From IMG/VR virus record IMGVR_UViG_3300042324_002009, positions 17,709-81,708 of that record: 64,000 bases of DNA. The stretch is one strand, 5' to 3'. The position numbers were made by a program, and so were the translations under genes. This stretch comes from a virus. The stretch's first letter is position 1; the number at the start of each line of letters is the position of its first letter. Shown here piece by piece: positions 41,612 to 52,067 of this stretch. The notes under the pieces are model-generated. The model ran no database searches and had not been told where the DNA came from. It saw only the letters and a list, made by a program, of their open reading frames with translations.

Positions 41612-42565
41612 ATGTTAACAAAGAAGACTATTTTTATATCAGCACAGCCTGACCATCAATACTTCCATTGGCAAGTTGAGGTGGTAATCCACAATTTTAT
41701 GAAAAATGGAATTAATCCAAATTGGATAGAAATTCTATTTGCCTATAATGACGAGCCTAGCCAAGAAGGTCTTGCCCTAGCTAGAAAATATCCAATGGTT
41801 AGATTCTTTTTCTATAAAAAAAGAATAACTCAAAACTTTGGATACATTCCAATTCTTAGGCCTGATATTCTTGAACAGCATTGGATAAAATATCCAGAAT
41901 TACGTGGTGAAACCGTTTTTTATCATGATTCAGATATTATCTTTAGAGAACTTCCAGATTTCGACTCAATGCATGACAATTTATATTGGTATGTAAGTGA
42001 TACCGTTTCTTATATTGGCGCAAATTATATTAAAAGTAAATCAGAAGACCTATTCATTGACCTTTGTAGTTTAACAAAAATTTCTCCTGAAATAGTAGAA
42101 AAAAATCAAGAAGGGTCAGGCGGTGCTCAATATTTAATGAAAGGCGTTACTTCTGACTTTTGGAAAGAGGTAATTTCAGATTCATTAACTATGTATAAGT
42201 ATATGGCAGATAGAGAAAGTCAAGAACGCAATACATTAACACCAGAAGAGTTAAAAATCTATAATCCTGTACAAAAATGGTGTGCGGATATGTGGGCAGT
42301 TCTTTGGGGTGGCTGGAAAATTGGTGCACAAACAATAATTACACCTGACTTAAATTTTAGTTGGGGAACTTCCTCAATTGAGGATTATGACCGTTGTACA
42401 ATTATGCATAACGCTGGAGTAACAGATGATAGAAAACCTGATCTTTTTTATAAAGCAGATTATCGAGAATCAAGCCCGTTTAATGCGGATCTTTCAAATA
42501 TTAAACCTAATACAGCTTCTGCTAAGTACGTAGATGCAATAATTTACGCAAAAGAAAATAGATAA
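41612..42565 (+). CDS. GT-A fold glycosyltransferase resembling peptidyl-Ser/Hyp O-glycosyltransferases (HPAT/SERGT1, GT95/96-like)
   Basis: YFHWQ, YIPILRPDILEQHW, DxD motif FYHDSDIIF, GGAQYL, KWCADMWAVLWGGWKIG, IMHNAG. The order and spacing parallel the plant YxxWQ / NRP / DxD / WxxEMY motifs. Confidence 0.75.
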   Translation: MLTKKTIFISAQPDHQYFHWQVEVVIHNFMKNGINPNWIEILFAYNDEPSQEGLALARKYPMVRFFFYKKRITQNFGYIPILRPDILEQHWIKYPELRGETVFYHDSDIIFRELPDFDSMHDNLYWYVSDTVSYIGANYIKSKSEDLFIDLCSLTKISPEIVEKNQEGSGGAQYLMKGVTSDFWKEVISDSLTMYKYMADRESQERNTLTPEELKIYNPVQKWCADMWAVLWGGWKIGAQTIITPDLNFSWGTSSIEDYDRCTIMHNAGVTDDRKPDLFYKADYRESSPFNADLSNIKPNTASAKYVDAIIYAKENR

Positions 42566-42597
42566 ACCGGATCTGCCTTATCGCATACAGTATACTG

Positions 42598-42605
42598 ATA
42601 AATAA
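42598..42605 (+). promoter_or_regulatory. Late promoter motif ATAAATAA
   Basis: 30 nt upstream of the first Gly-X-Y gene. Confidence 0.65.
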
Positions 42606-42635
42606 CTGTAGGTAGAAAAATGCAAGTCCAGTATA

Positions 42636-44633
42636 ATGTCTAATAAACTCAAAATAAAACAGGTTGATCTTAGCAACCTAAGTCAAGATAATTCATTAAA
42701 TAAGTTTTTGGTAGTTGATGCTGCTGGTAACGCTTATTATAGTGATTCTCCTGGTGCCGGTTCTGGTGGTTCTGGCTCAAATGGTACGTCGGGTACTTCA
42801 GGTACAAGTGGCCAAGACGGTTCAACTGGTACATCAGGCTCAGATGGAACTTCTGGTACTTCAGGTACAAGTGGCCAAGATGGTTCAACTGGTACTTCTG
42901 GTTCAGATGGAACTTCTGGTACTTCAGGTACAAGCGGTCAAGATGGTTCAACTGGTACTTCTGGTTCAGATGGAACTTCTGGTACTTCAGGTACAAGCGG
43001 TCAAGATGGTTCAACTGGTACTTCTGGTTCAGACGGTACGTCAGGTACTTCAGGTACAAGCGGTCAAGATGGTTCAACTGGTACTTCTGGTTCAGACGGT
43101 ACGTCAGGTACGTCCGGTTCTTCTGGAACAAGTCCATTAGGTTTTTCTTCTGGTACTTCTGGTTCAGATGGAACATCTGGTTCAGACGGTACTTCAGGTA
43201 CAAGCGGAGAAGCAGGTTCTTCAGGTTCAGATGGAACTTCAGGTACAAGTGGCCAAGACGGTTCAACTGGTACTTCCGGCTCAGACGGAACAAGCGGTAC
43301 TTCAGGTATAGATGGAACTAATGGTTCAGACGGAACTTCAGGTACTTCTGGAATTGATGGAACTAATGGTTCAGATGGAACTTCAGGTACTTCTGGAATT
43401 GATGGAACTACTGGTTCAGACGGAACTTCAGGTACAAGCGGACAAGACGGTTCAACTGGTACTTCTGGTTCAGACGGAACTTCTGGAACAAGTGGTGATA
43501 CTTTTACTTATCCAACTGATTTAATTGTTTCATTAACTGGAGGTAGAACTTTTGGACGTTATGTAAGCGGTAGTACTATTCCAGCAACTGGAAAAACTGC
43601 AGCTGAGGTAATTAGTTTAGCAATTGCTGAGCCAATTACTCCAACTGTTGCTCTAACTTCTAGCACATCAATTGCGTTTAATCAAACAGCAATTAGTAAT
43701 GTTCTAAATTTTAGTCATACTATAAATAGTTTAGGAGCAACAATTAGTAGTGTTTCTCTTGAATGGCGAAGAGGCGGTGCAGGTTCATGGGTAGTTTTAT
43801 CAACCTCAACTACTACGCCAAGTACATTTACACATTCACTCACCGATACTAATTATAATACCTCTGCTTTTAATTACAGATATATTGTAACTGATTCAAT
43901 TGGTGCAACTGCGACTGCTACTTTAAATATTACGCCAATCGCATATTCAGCACCATCAATTTCCTTAACAGTTGCTGCAGTTTCAAGTACTTCACCTGAA
44001 ACAAATACAAAAAGAGAAAAAGGAAATATTAATACTAATTTAAGCGGAACTATTACCAGAAATAGTGTAAACAGTGCCTTATCTAGTTATACTTTACAAT
44101 ACTCATTAAATAATAGTTTATGGGTAGATATTGGATCAGAGGTATCAATTGGTCCAGGTACTTCAAGCATTACATTAACTAATCATAATGATATTACGTT
44201 ATTTGCGTCAACTACCATCTATTATAGAGTAAAAGTAATTGATGCATATCAAACATCCTTATCAAGTTTTGCAACTGGTGGAAATACCACAGTTAGTTTT
44301 TTAAATCTAATATTTTACGGACCATCATCCGCAGTTCCAACAACTTCAAGTGATATTAGAGCACTAGGATCCCGAATATTTACGGATGGAAGTAATCCAT
44401 TTAATTTATTAACGGGTACTACTCAAATCAATTTTACAGCAGCAATGCCAGCTACACTAAGTTTAAGCAGTGTAGTTGACTTAGATGCATTAAACGCAGA
44501 TATTACTGGAAATTATGTTTTATCAACATTTAATGTAGTTGACTCCTACGGTACTAACGTATCGTATCGTAACTATACCATGACAAATGCGACTCCTTAT
44601 GGAACATCGCATCGACACCAAATAACTAGATAA
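42636..44633 (+). CDS. Gly-X-Y (Ser/Thr-rich, collagen-like) fibre protein 1 with C-terminal Ig/FN3-like domains
   Basis: 40 + 39 Gly-X-Y triplets (42774-43133, 43152-43502), then beta-sandwich-like domains ([18 protein letters not shown]). Confidence 0.85.
   Translation: MSNKLKIKQVDLSNLSQDNSLNKFLVVDAAGNAYYSDSPGAGSGGSGSNGTSGTSGTSGQDGSTGTSGSDGTSGTSGTSGQDGSTGTSGSDGTSGTSGTSGQDGSTGTSGSDGTSGTSGTSGQDGSTGTSGSDGTSGTSGTSGQDGSTGTSGSDGTSGTSGSSGTSPLGFSSGTSGSDGTSGSDGTSGTSGEAGSSGSDGTSGTSGQDGSTGTSGSDGTSGTSGIDGTNGSDGTSGTSGIDGTNGSDGTSGTSGIDGTTGSDGTSGTSGQDGSTGTSGSDGTSGTSGDTFTYPTDLIVSLTGGRTFGRYVSGSTIPATGKTAAEVISLAIAEPITPTVALTSSTSIAFNQTAISNVLNFSHTINSLGATISSVSLEWRRGGAGSWVVLSTSTTTPSTFTHSLTDTNYNTSAFNYRYIVTDSIGATATATLNITPIAYSAPSISLTVAAVSSTSPETNTKREKGNINTNLSGTITRNSVNSALSSYTLQYSLNNSLWVDIGSEVSIGPGTSSITLTNHNDITLFASTTIYYRVKVIDAYQTSLSSFATGGNTTVSFLNLIFYGPSSAVPTTSSDIRALGSRIFTDGSNPFNLLTGTTQINFTAAMPATLSLSSVVDLDALNADITGNYVLSTFNVVDSYGTNVSYRNYTMTNATPYGTSHRHQITR
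42783..43097 (+). repeat. 5 x 63-nt tandem repeat ([21 protein letters not shown])
   Basis: Five near-identical 21-codon units differing at synonymous sites. Confidence 0.9.
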
Positions 44634-44639
44634 TAGAAT

Positions 44640-47600
44640 ATGTCATTAACTCCAGGATTACAATTACCGTATGGTATACAGCCGGTTAACCCAGTACCAG
44701 TAGATGCTTGGTCCGGACCTTATACCGGGGCAAACGAAACTGCTGCGATTGCTGCAGCAAATACAGCGATCCTTTCAGCCATCCGTTTTCAATCAATGGA
44801 AGTCCGCCTTATCTTCGGCGGCAGCTCTCATAAATATTGGTACCGTGATGGAGTATTAGATACAGATTTAGTAGAATTTGCATCAGGTAGTGGAACTGCT
44901 GGCACAGCCGGTAGTGCAGGAACAAGCGGAACCTCTGGAGCCTCAGGCTCAGATGGAACTTCAGGTACTTCAGGTATAGATGGAACTAATGGTTCAGACG
45001 GAACTTCAGGTACTTCTGGAATTGATGGAACTAATGGTTCAGATGGAACTTCAGGTACTTCAGGTATAGATGGAACTAATGGTTCAGACGGAACTTCAGG
45101 TACTTCTGGAATTGATGGAACTACTGGTTCAGACGGAACTTCAGGTACTTCTGGAATTGATGGAACTAATGGTTCAGATGGAACTTCTGGAACATCAGGA
45201 TCAGATGGAACAAGTGGTACTTCAGGTATTGACGGAGTCTCTGGAACAGATGGTAGCTCAGGTACTTCAGGAGAATCCGGCTCAAATGGAACAAGTGGTA
45301 CTTCAGGAGAATCCGGCTCAAATGGAACAAGTGGTACTTCAGGTTCAAATGGAACAAGCGGTACGTCAGGTATAGATGGAACAAATGGTTCAAATGGAAC
45401 TTCCGGTACAAGCGGTATTGATGGAGTCTCTGGAACAGACGGTAGCTCAGGAACTTCTGGCGAATCAGGTTCAAACGGGTCAGATGGTACGTCCGGTACG
45501 TCAGGCTCAAATGGAACTAGTGGTACTTCAGGTTCAAACGGTACTTCTGGAACTTCTGGTTCCAATGGCTCAAACGGGTCAGACGGAACTTCGGGTACGT
45601 CAGGCATTGACGGAGTCTCTGGAACAGATGGTTCTAGTGGAACTTCAGGAGAATCAGGCTCAAATGGAACTTCTGGAACTTCCGGTTCAGATGGTACAAG
45701 CGGAACTTCAGGTTCAAATGGAACTTCTGGTACGTCTGGAATAGACGGAACAAATGGTTCAGACGGAACTTCCGGTACTTCAGGTATCGATGGAGTCTCT
45801 GGAACTGACGGTAGCTCAGGTACTTCAGGAGAATCAGGTTCAAATGGTTCAGATGGAACAAGCGGAACTTCAGGATCAGATGGAACTTCAGGATCAGATG
45901 GAACATCTGGTACGTCCGGTATAGATGGTACAAATGGAGAAGATGGTTCTTCTGGAACAAGTGGTAGTTCAGGCCTAAGCGGCGTAGACGGTTCAAGCGG
46001 AACTTCAGGCTCAACTGGTTCAGATGGTACTTCAGGTTCAAATGGAACAAGTGGAACTTCAGGATCAAATGGAACAAGTGGAACTTCCGGTACTGCTGGA
46101 ACTTCTGGAACAAGCGGAATAGACGGAACAAACGGTTCAGACGGTACTTCAGGAACAAGTGGAATAGACGGAGTCTCTGGAACAGATGGTAGCTCTGGAA
46201 CTTCTGGCGAATCAGGTTCAAATGGAACAAGTGGAACTTCAGGTATAGATGGAACTAATGGGTCAGATGGAACAAGTGGAACTTCAGGTATAGATGGAAC
46301 TAATGGGTCAGATGGAACAAGCGGTACCTCAGGTACTTCAGGAATAGACGGAGTCTCTGGAACAGACGGTAGCTCAGGTACTTCTGGAGAATCAGGTTCA
46401 AATGGGTCAGACGGTACCTCAGGTACTTCAGGTTCAGATGGAACAAGCGGTACTTCAGGCTCAGACGGAACAAGTGGAACTTCGGGTATAGACGGAACTA
46501 ATGGTTCAGATGGTACTTCTGGTACTTCTGGTATCGATGGAGTCTCTGGGACAGATGGTAGCTCAGGTACTTCAGGAGAATCAGGTTCAAATGGTTCAGA
46601 CGGTACATCAGGTACTTCAGGTATAGATGGAACTAATGGGTCAGACGGTACTTCAGGTACTTCAGGCATAGATGGAACTAATGGTTCAGATGGAACAAGT
46701 GGTACTAGTGGAACTTCAGGTATTGATGGAGTCTCAGGAACAGATGGTTCAAGCGGAACTTCTGGCGAATCAGGTTCAAATGGTTCAGATGGAACTTCTG
46801 GTACTTCAGGATCAGATGGTACATCAGGTTCAGATGGTACTTCAGGTACTTCAGGAATAGATGGAACTAATGGTTCAGATGGTACTTCGGGTACTTCTGG
46901 TATCGATGGAGTCTCTGGGACAGATGGTAGCTCAGGTACTTCTGGAGAATCAGGTTCAAATGGTTCAGATGGAACTTCTGGTACAAGTGGAATAGACGGA
47001 ACAAACGGTTCAGATGGTACAAGTGGAACTTCAGGTTCAGATGGAACAAGCGGTACATCTGGCTCAAACGGATCAGACGGTACTTCTGGAACTAGCGGTA
47101 TTGATGGAGTCTCTGGAACAGATGGTTCTAGTGGAACTTCCGGTTCAGAAGGCACAAGCGGAACTTCCGGTTCAGATGGTACTTCTGGAACTAGTGGTAT
47201 AGATGGAACAAATGGATCAGATGGTACAAGCGGTACTTCAGGCTCAGATGGAACTAGTGGTTCAGATGGAACTTCTGGTACATCAGGAATAGATGGTACT
47301 TCAGGCTCAGATGGTTCTTCTGGAACAAGTGGTAGCTCTGGTTTAAGTGGCGTAGATGGTTCTTCTGGAACATCCGGTTCTATTGGAACTTCTGGAACAA
47401 GCGGTACATCAGGTACATCAGGGTCAGATGGTACTTCTGGTTCAAATGGTACTTCTGGAACAAGCGGGTCAGACGGTACTTCTGGAACAAGCGGGTCAGA
47501 TGGTACTTCAGGAACAAGCGGGTCAGATGGTACTTCCGGTACTTCTGGATTAGACGGAACAAATGGTTCAGACGGTACTTCCGGTACAAGCGGAACTTCA

Positions 47601-50600
47601 GGTATAGACGGAGTCTCAGGAACAGATGGTAGCTCAGGAACTTCTGGCGAATCAGGTTCAAATGGAACAAGTGGAACTTCAGGTTCAAACGGATCAGATG
47701 GAACAAGCGGTACCTCAGGCTCAGATGGAACTTCAGGTACTTCAGGTATAGATGGAACTAATGGTTCAGATGGTACTTCAGGTACAAGCGGTATTGATGG
47801 AGTCTCTGGAACAGATGGTTCTAGTGGAACTTCTGGCGAATCAGGTTCTAATGGAACAAGCGGTACGTCAGGTTCAAACGGGTCAGATGGAACTTCAGGA
47901 ACTTCCGGTTCAGACGGTACTTCTGGTACATCAGGTTCAGATGGTACAAGTGGTACATCAGGTTCAGATGGTACTTCAGGAACTTCAGGTTCAGATGGTA
48001 CGTCAGGAACAAGTGGAACTTCTGGTTCAGATGGTACTTCTGGTACTTCAGGATCAGACGGTACAAGTGGAACTTCTGGAATTGATGGAACAAATGGTTC
48101 AGACGGTACTTCAGGTACAAGCGGAACTTCAGGTATCGATGGAGTCTCTGGAACTGACGGTAGCTCAGGAACTTCTGGAGAATCAGGTTCAAATGGAACC
48201 TCTGGTACTTCAGGCATAGATGGAACTAATGGTTCAGATGGTACAAGTGGAACTTCAGGTTCAGATGGAACAAGCGGTACTTCAGGTTCAAACGGATCAG
48301 ATGGAACTTCTGGAACTTCTGGTATTGATGGAGTCTCTGGAACAGATGGTTCTAGTGGAACTTCTGGTTCAGAAGGTACAAGCGGTACTTCTGGTATTGA
48401 TGGAACAAACGGATCAGATGGAACAAGCGGCACGTCAGGAATAGATGGAACAAATGGTTCAGATGGTACGTCAGGTACTTCAGGCTCAGATGGTACTTCT
48501 GGAACAGATGGTATAAATGGAACAGATGGTTCTAGTGGAACCTCTGGTAGTTCAGGTCTAAGCGGAGTAGACGGTACTTCTGGTACTTCAGGTTCAGACG
48601 GTACTTCTGGTACTTCAGGTTCAACTGGTACTTCTGGTACTTCAGGTTCAGACGGTACTTCTGGTACTTCAGGTTCAGACGGTACTTCTGGTACTTCAGG
48701 TTCAGACGGTACTTCCGGTACTTCAGGTTCAGACGGAACTTCAGGAACTTCGGGAATAGACGGAACAAGCGGTTCAGATGGAACAAGCGGTACCTCAGGT
48801 ACTTCAGGAATAGACGGAGTCTCTGGAACAGATGGTAGCTCAGGAACTTCAGGAGAATCAGGTTCAAATGGTACTTCAGGTACAAGTGGAACCTCTGGTA
48901 CTTCAGGTTCAGATGGAACAAGCGGTACTTCAGGCACAAGCGGTTCAGACGGTACTTCTGGAACAAGCGGCACCTCTGGTTCAGACGGAACCTCTGGTAC
49001 TTCTGGTTCAGACGGAACCTCTGGTACTTCTGGTTCAACTGGTACTTCAGGTACTTCAGGCTCAACTGGTTCAGATGGAACTTCAGGCACAAGCGGAACT
49101 TCAGGGTCAGACGGAACCTCTGGTACTTCCGGTACTTCCGGTATTGATGGAGTCTCTGGAACAGATGGTAGCTCTGGAACTTCTGGCGAATCAGGTTCAA
49201 ATGGTACTTCTGGAACAAGTGGAACTTCAGGTTCAAACGGTTCAGACGGAACCTCAGGTACTTCAGGTATTGATGGAACAAATGGATCCGATGGAACTTC
49301 CGGTTCAGATGGAACCTCTGGTACTTCCGGTGCAAATGGTATTTCAACTAGTGTATTCTATTATGAAGCTAAAGATAATGCACAATCAGGTAATCCTGGA
49401 GATGGTCATATTCTTTGGAATAATGCAACACAAATTAGTGCAACCCAAATAAACATAAATCATTTAACGGATGCTCCAATAACTGATATTGATATATTTT
49501 TAGCTCTATTACAAGTAGGTCAACAATTAACAATTCAAGATCGAAACAATAGTGCAAATTATCAAGTATGGGTTATTAATGGAGCAACTACCTTAATTAC
49601 TGGAGCCTCCAATTACTGGACTGTTCCAGTTGCACTAGTTAGTTCTGGTGGTACTCCACAGTTTGCAAATAATCATGAAATTTTCTTAGCCATAATTGCT
49701 GCAACTGGTTCTAGTGGCACAAGCGGTACTTCAGGCTCAACTGGTACTTCAGGAACTTCAGGTTCAACTGGTACTTCCGGTACTTCAGGCTCAACTGGGT
49801 CAAATGGAACTAGCGGAACATCAGGTACTTCAGGCTCAGACGGAACAAGCGGTACTTCAGGTACTTCCGGTATTGATGGAGTCTCAGGAACAGATGGTTC
49901 TTCAGGTACAAGCGGAACAACTGGTACTTCCGGTACTTCAGGTTCAGACGGAACCTCTGGTACTTCAGGTTCAAATGGTTCAGTTGGAACTTCCGGTACA
50001 AGCGGAACAACTGGTACTTCCGGTACTTCAGGTTCAGACGGAACAAGCGGTACTTCTGGTTCAACCGGCACAAGCGGAACCTCTGGTACTTCTGGAACAA
50101 GCGGAACTTCTGGTTCAACTGGGTCAGATGGAACATCAGGCACAAGCGGAACTTCTGGAATAGACGGCGTCTCTGGAACAGACGGTAGCTCTGGTACATC
50201 AGGCGAATCTGGCTCAAATGGAACTTCTGGAACAAGCGGTACTTCAGGTTCAACTGGAACAAGCGGAACTTCTGGTACTTCTGGTACATCCGGTTCAACT
50301 GGTACTTCGGGTACAAGCGGAACTTCCGGTTCAACTGGTACTTCGGGTACAAGCGGAACTTCCGGTTCAACTGGAACTTCAGGCACAAGCGGAACAAGTG
50401 GAACTTCAGGCACAAGCGGTACTTCAGGTTCTGATGGTACATCAGGAACAAGCGGAACTTCTGGTATTGATGGAGTCTCTGGAACAAACGGTAGCTCAGG
50501 AACTTCGGGAGAATCAGGCTCAAACGGTACTTCTGGAACATCCGGTTCAACTGGAACTTCGGGAACTTCTGGTTCAACTGGAAGTTCAGGAACATCAGGC

Positions 50601-51986
50601 TCAACTGGTACATCTGGTACTTCCGGTTCAACTGGTACATCTGGAACTTCTGGCTCAACTGGTACATCTGGAACTTCTGGCTCAACTGGTACATCTGGTA
50701 CTAGCGGTACTTCCGGTTCAAGCGGTACTTCTGGAACTTCAGGTTCAACTGGAACTTCGGGAACATCAGGTTCAACTGGAACAAGCGGAACTTCTGGTAG
50801 TTCTGGTACATCGGGTTCAACTGGTACTTCAGGTTCAACTGGAACATCAGGAACTTCTGGTTCAAGTGGATCAGACGGTACTTCTGGTACTAGCGGTACG
50901 TCCGGTATTGATGGAGTCTCAGGAACAAATGGTAGCTCAGGTACATCAGGTTCAGCTGGAACAAGCGGAACATCTGGTACTTCTGGTACCTCTGGTTCTT
51001 CAGGAACTTCTGGTTCAAACGGCTCAAGCGGAACTTCTGGTTCAAATGGCTCAAACGGTTCTTCAGGAACTTCAGGTTCTAATGGATCAAGCGGAACTTC
51101 AGGTTCTAATGGATCAAGCGGAACTTCAGGCTCAAATGGTTCTTCTGGAACTTCAGGTTCTAATGGATCAAGCGGAACTTCTGGTACTTCAGGTTCAACT
51201 GGAACAAGCGGAACTTCTGGTTCAGATGGTTCATCTGGAACATCAGGTATTGATGGAGTCTCTGGAACAAACGGCTCAAGCGGAACGTCGGGTTTAACTG
51301 GTACTTCGGGCTCAGACGGTTCAAGCGGTACTTCTGGTGGAACTGGTACTTCAGGCTCAAACGGTTCAAGTGGTACTTCCGGTACATCTGGTTCAAGCGG
51401 AACTTCGGTTTCAGTATCCGGTACTCAATCTCAATATACGGTATTTGGTGCAGGTGGAACCACTGTAGTTGATTCAACCTTTGGTATATTTGAAGATACT
51501 ACACTAGATGCCCTATTAATTGGAACCCAGGCTGTTGCTGAAATGCCAAATGAAGTAGTATACAGCCGCCATCAAAATATAACGACTGGAGTAAAACAGG
51601 CTCATTCAAATATTTTATACTCTGATCCAATTTCAGCCTTTGGCTCTGCTGGCTTAAAAATTGATATTGTAAATAATAAATCATTTGAGTTTAATACAGT
51701 GGATAGAATATATGGTATTCAAATTTATATGATAGGTAGTGCGGGAGGCTCTAATGAGGTTGATTATCGAATGTATAGCGGAGCTGTTAAAAATATTGCT
51801 GGAACTGTTTCAATTGTTGGAAATGGATTTACTGAAATTACGCTTGCTCAAGATTCAGTACTTTGGGTATCTATCCCAACTTTTACAATAAGTGGAGCAA
51901 TTTTACTTATTAATATTGCAAATAATACATCTGACCAAATCGCAATTGCTGCACGAGTTGAAATAATTAGTGATGGATTGATATAA
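44640..51986 (+). CDS. Gly-X-Y fibre protein 2 (2448 aa)
   Basis: N-terminal domain, 495 triplets (44892-49346), ~120-aa globular insert, 189 triplets (49707-51407), C-terminal domain of about 190 aa. Confidence 0.9.
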   Translation: MSLTPGLQLPYGIQPVNPVPVDAWSGPYTGANETAAIAAANTAILSAIRFQSMEVRLIFGGSSHKYWYRDGVLDTDLVEFASGSGTAGTAGSAGTSGTSGASGSDGTSGTSGIDGTNGSDGTSGTSGIDGTNGSDGTSGTSGIDGTNGSDGTSGTSGIDGTTGSDGTSGTSGIDGTNGSDGTSGTSGSDGTSGTSGIDGVSGTDGSSGTSGESGSNGTSGTSGESGSNGTSGTSGSNGTSGTSGIDGTNGSNGTSGTSGIDGVSGTDGSSGTSGESGSNGSDGTSGTSGSNGTSGTSGSNGTSGTSGSNGSNGSDGTSGTSGIDGVSGTDGSSGTSGESGSNGTSGTSGSDGTSGTSGSNGTSGTSGIDGTNGSDGTSGTSGIDGVSGTDGSSGTSGESGSNGSDGTSGTSGSDGTSGSDGTSGTSGIDGTNGEDGSSGTSGSSGLSGVDGSSGTSGSTGSDGTSGSNGTSGTSGSNGTSGTSGTAGTSGTSGIDGTNGSDGTSGTSGIDGVSGTDGSSGTSGESGSNGTSGTSGIDGTNGSDGTSGTSGIDGTNGSDGTSGTSGTSGIDGVSGTDGSSGTSGESGSNGSDGTSGTSGSDGTSGTSGSDGTSGTSGIDGTNGSDGTSGTSGIDGVSGTDGSSGTSGESGSNGSDGTSGTSGIDGTNGSDGTSGTSGIDGTNGSDGTSGTSGTSGIDGVSGTDGSSGTSGESGSNGSDGTSGTSGSDGTSGSDGTSGTSGIDGTNGSDGTSGTSGIDGVSGTDGSSGTSGESGSNGSDGTSGTSGIDGTNGSDGTSGTSGSDGTSGTSGSNGSDGTSGTSGIDGVSGTDGSSGTSGSEGTSGTSGSDGTSGTSGIDGTNGSDGTSGTSGSDGTSGSDGTSGTSGIDGTSGSDGSSGTSGSSGLSGVDGSSGTSGSIGTSGTSGTSGTSGSDGTSGSNGTSGTSGSDGTSGTSGSDGTSGTSGSDGTSGTSGLDGTNGSDGTSGTSGTSGIDGVSGTDGSSGTSGESGSNGTSGTSGSNGSDGTSGTSGSDGTSGTSGIDGTNGSDGTSGTSGIDGVSGTDGSSGTSGESGSNGTSGTSGSNGSDGTSGTSGSDGTSGTSGSDGTSGTSGSDGTSGTSGSDGTSGTSGTSGSDGTSGTSGSDGTSGTSGIDGTNGSDGTSGTSGTSGIDGVSGTDGSSGTSGESGSNGTSGTSGIDGTNGSDGTSGTSGSDGTSGTSGSNGSDGTSGTSGIDGVSGTDGSSGTSGSEGTSGTSGIDGTNGSDGTSGTSGIDGTNGSDGTSGTSGSDGTSGTDGINGTDGSSGTSGSSGLSGVDGTSGTSGSDGTSGTSGSTGTSGTSGSDGTSGTSGSDGTSGTSGSDGTSGTSGSDGTSGTSGIDGTSGSDGTSGTSGTSGIDGVSGTDGSSGTSGESGSNGTSGTSGTSGTSGSDGTSGTSGTSGSDGTSGTSGTSGSDGTSGTSGSDGTSGTSGSTGTSGTSGSTGSDGTSGTSGTSGSDGTSGTSGTSGIDGVSGTDGSSGTSGESGSNGTSGTSGTSGSNGSDGTSGTSGIDGTNGSDGTSGSDGTSGTSGANGISTSVFYYEAKDNAQSGNPGDGHILWNNATQISATQININHLTDAPITDIDIFLALLQVGQQLTIQDRNNSANYQVWVINGATTLITGASNYWTVPVALVSSGGTPQFANNHEIFLAIIAATGSSGTSGTSGSTGTSGTSGSTGTSGTSGSTGSNGTSGTSGTSGSDGTSGTSGTSGIDGVSGTDGSSGTSGTTGTSGTSGSDGTSGTSGSNGSVGTSGTSGTTGTSGTSGSDGTSGTSGSTGTSGTSGTSGTSGTSGSTGSDGTSGTSGTSGIDGVSGTDGSSGTSGESGSNGTSGTSGTSGSTGTSGTSGTSGTSGSTGTSGTSGTSGSTGTSGTSGTSGSTGTSGTSGTSGTSGTSGTSGSDGTSGTSGTSGIDGVSGTNGSSGTSGESGSNGTSGTSGSTGTSGTSGSTGSSGTSGSTGTSGTSGSTGTSGTSGSTGTSGTSGSTGTSGTSGTSGSSGTSGTSGSTGTSGTSGSTGTSGTSGSSGTSGSTGTSGSTGTSGTSGSSGSDGTSGTSGTSGIDGVSGTNGSSGTSGSAGTSGTSGTSGTSGSSGTSGSNGSSGTSGSNGSNGSSGTSGSNGSSGTSGSNGSSGTSGSNGSSGTSGSNGSSGTSGTSGSTGTSGTSGSDGSSGTSGIDGVSGTNGSSGTSGLTGTSGSDGSSGTSGGTGTSGSNGSSGTSGTSGSSGTSVSVSGTQSQYTVFGAGGTTVVDSTFGIFEDTTLDALLIGTQAVAEMPNEVVYSRHQNITTGVKQAHSNILYSDPISAFGSAGLKIDIVNNKSFEFNTVDRIYGIQIYMIGSAGGSNEVDYRMYSGAVKNIAGTVSIVGNGFTEITLAQDSVLWVSIPTFTISGAILLINIANNTSDQIAIAARVEIISDGLI
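48573..48734 (+). repeat. 6 x 27-nt near-perfect tandem repeat GGTACTTCTGGTACTTCAGGTTCAGAC
   Basis: Directly visible. One unit ends in ACT instead of GAC and one has TCC. Confidence 0.9.
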
Positions 51987-52002
51987 TACTGGCCTATCTT
52001 AA

Positions 52003-52010
52003 ATAAATAA
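52003..52010 (+). promoter_or_regulatory. Late promoter motif ATAAATAA
   Basis: In the intergenic gap, 57 nt upstream of the ATG at 52068. Confidence 0.55.
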
Positions 52011-52067
52011 TATTGATCAGTAAATAGGCTAAGATTCAGTCTATTCAAAAAAAAGAAATTAAGCTAG

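Noticed and set aside
44828-50413. Minus-strand PEV-repeat ORFs (1420 aa and 246 aa)
   Set aside because: Same shadow effect within fibre protein 2.
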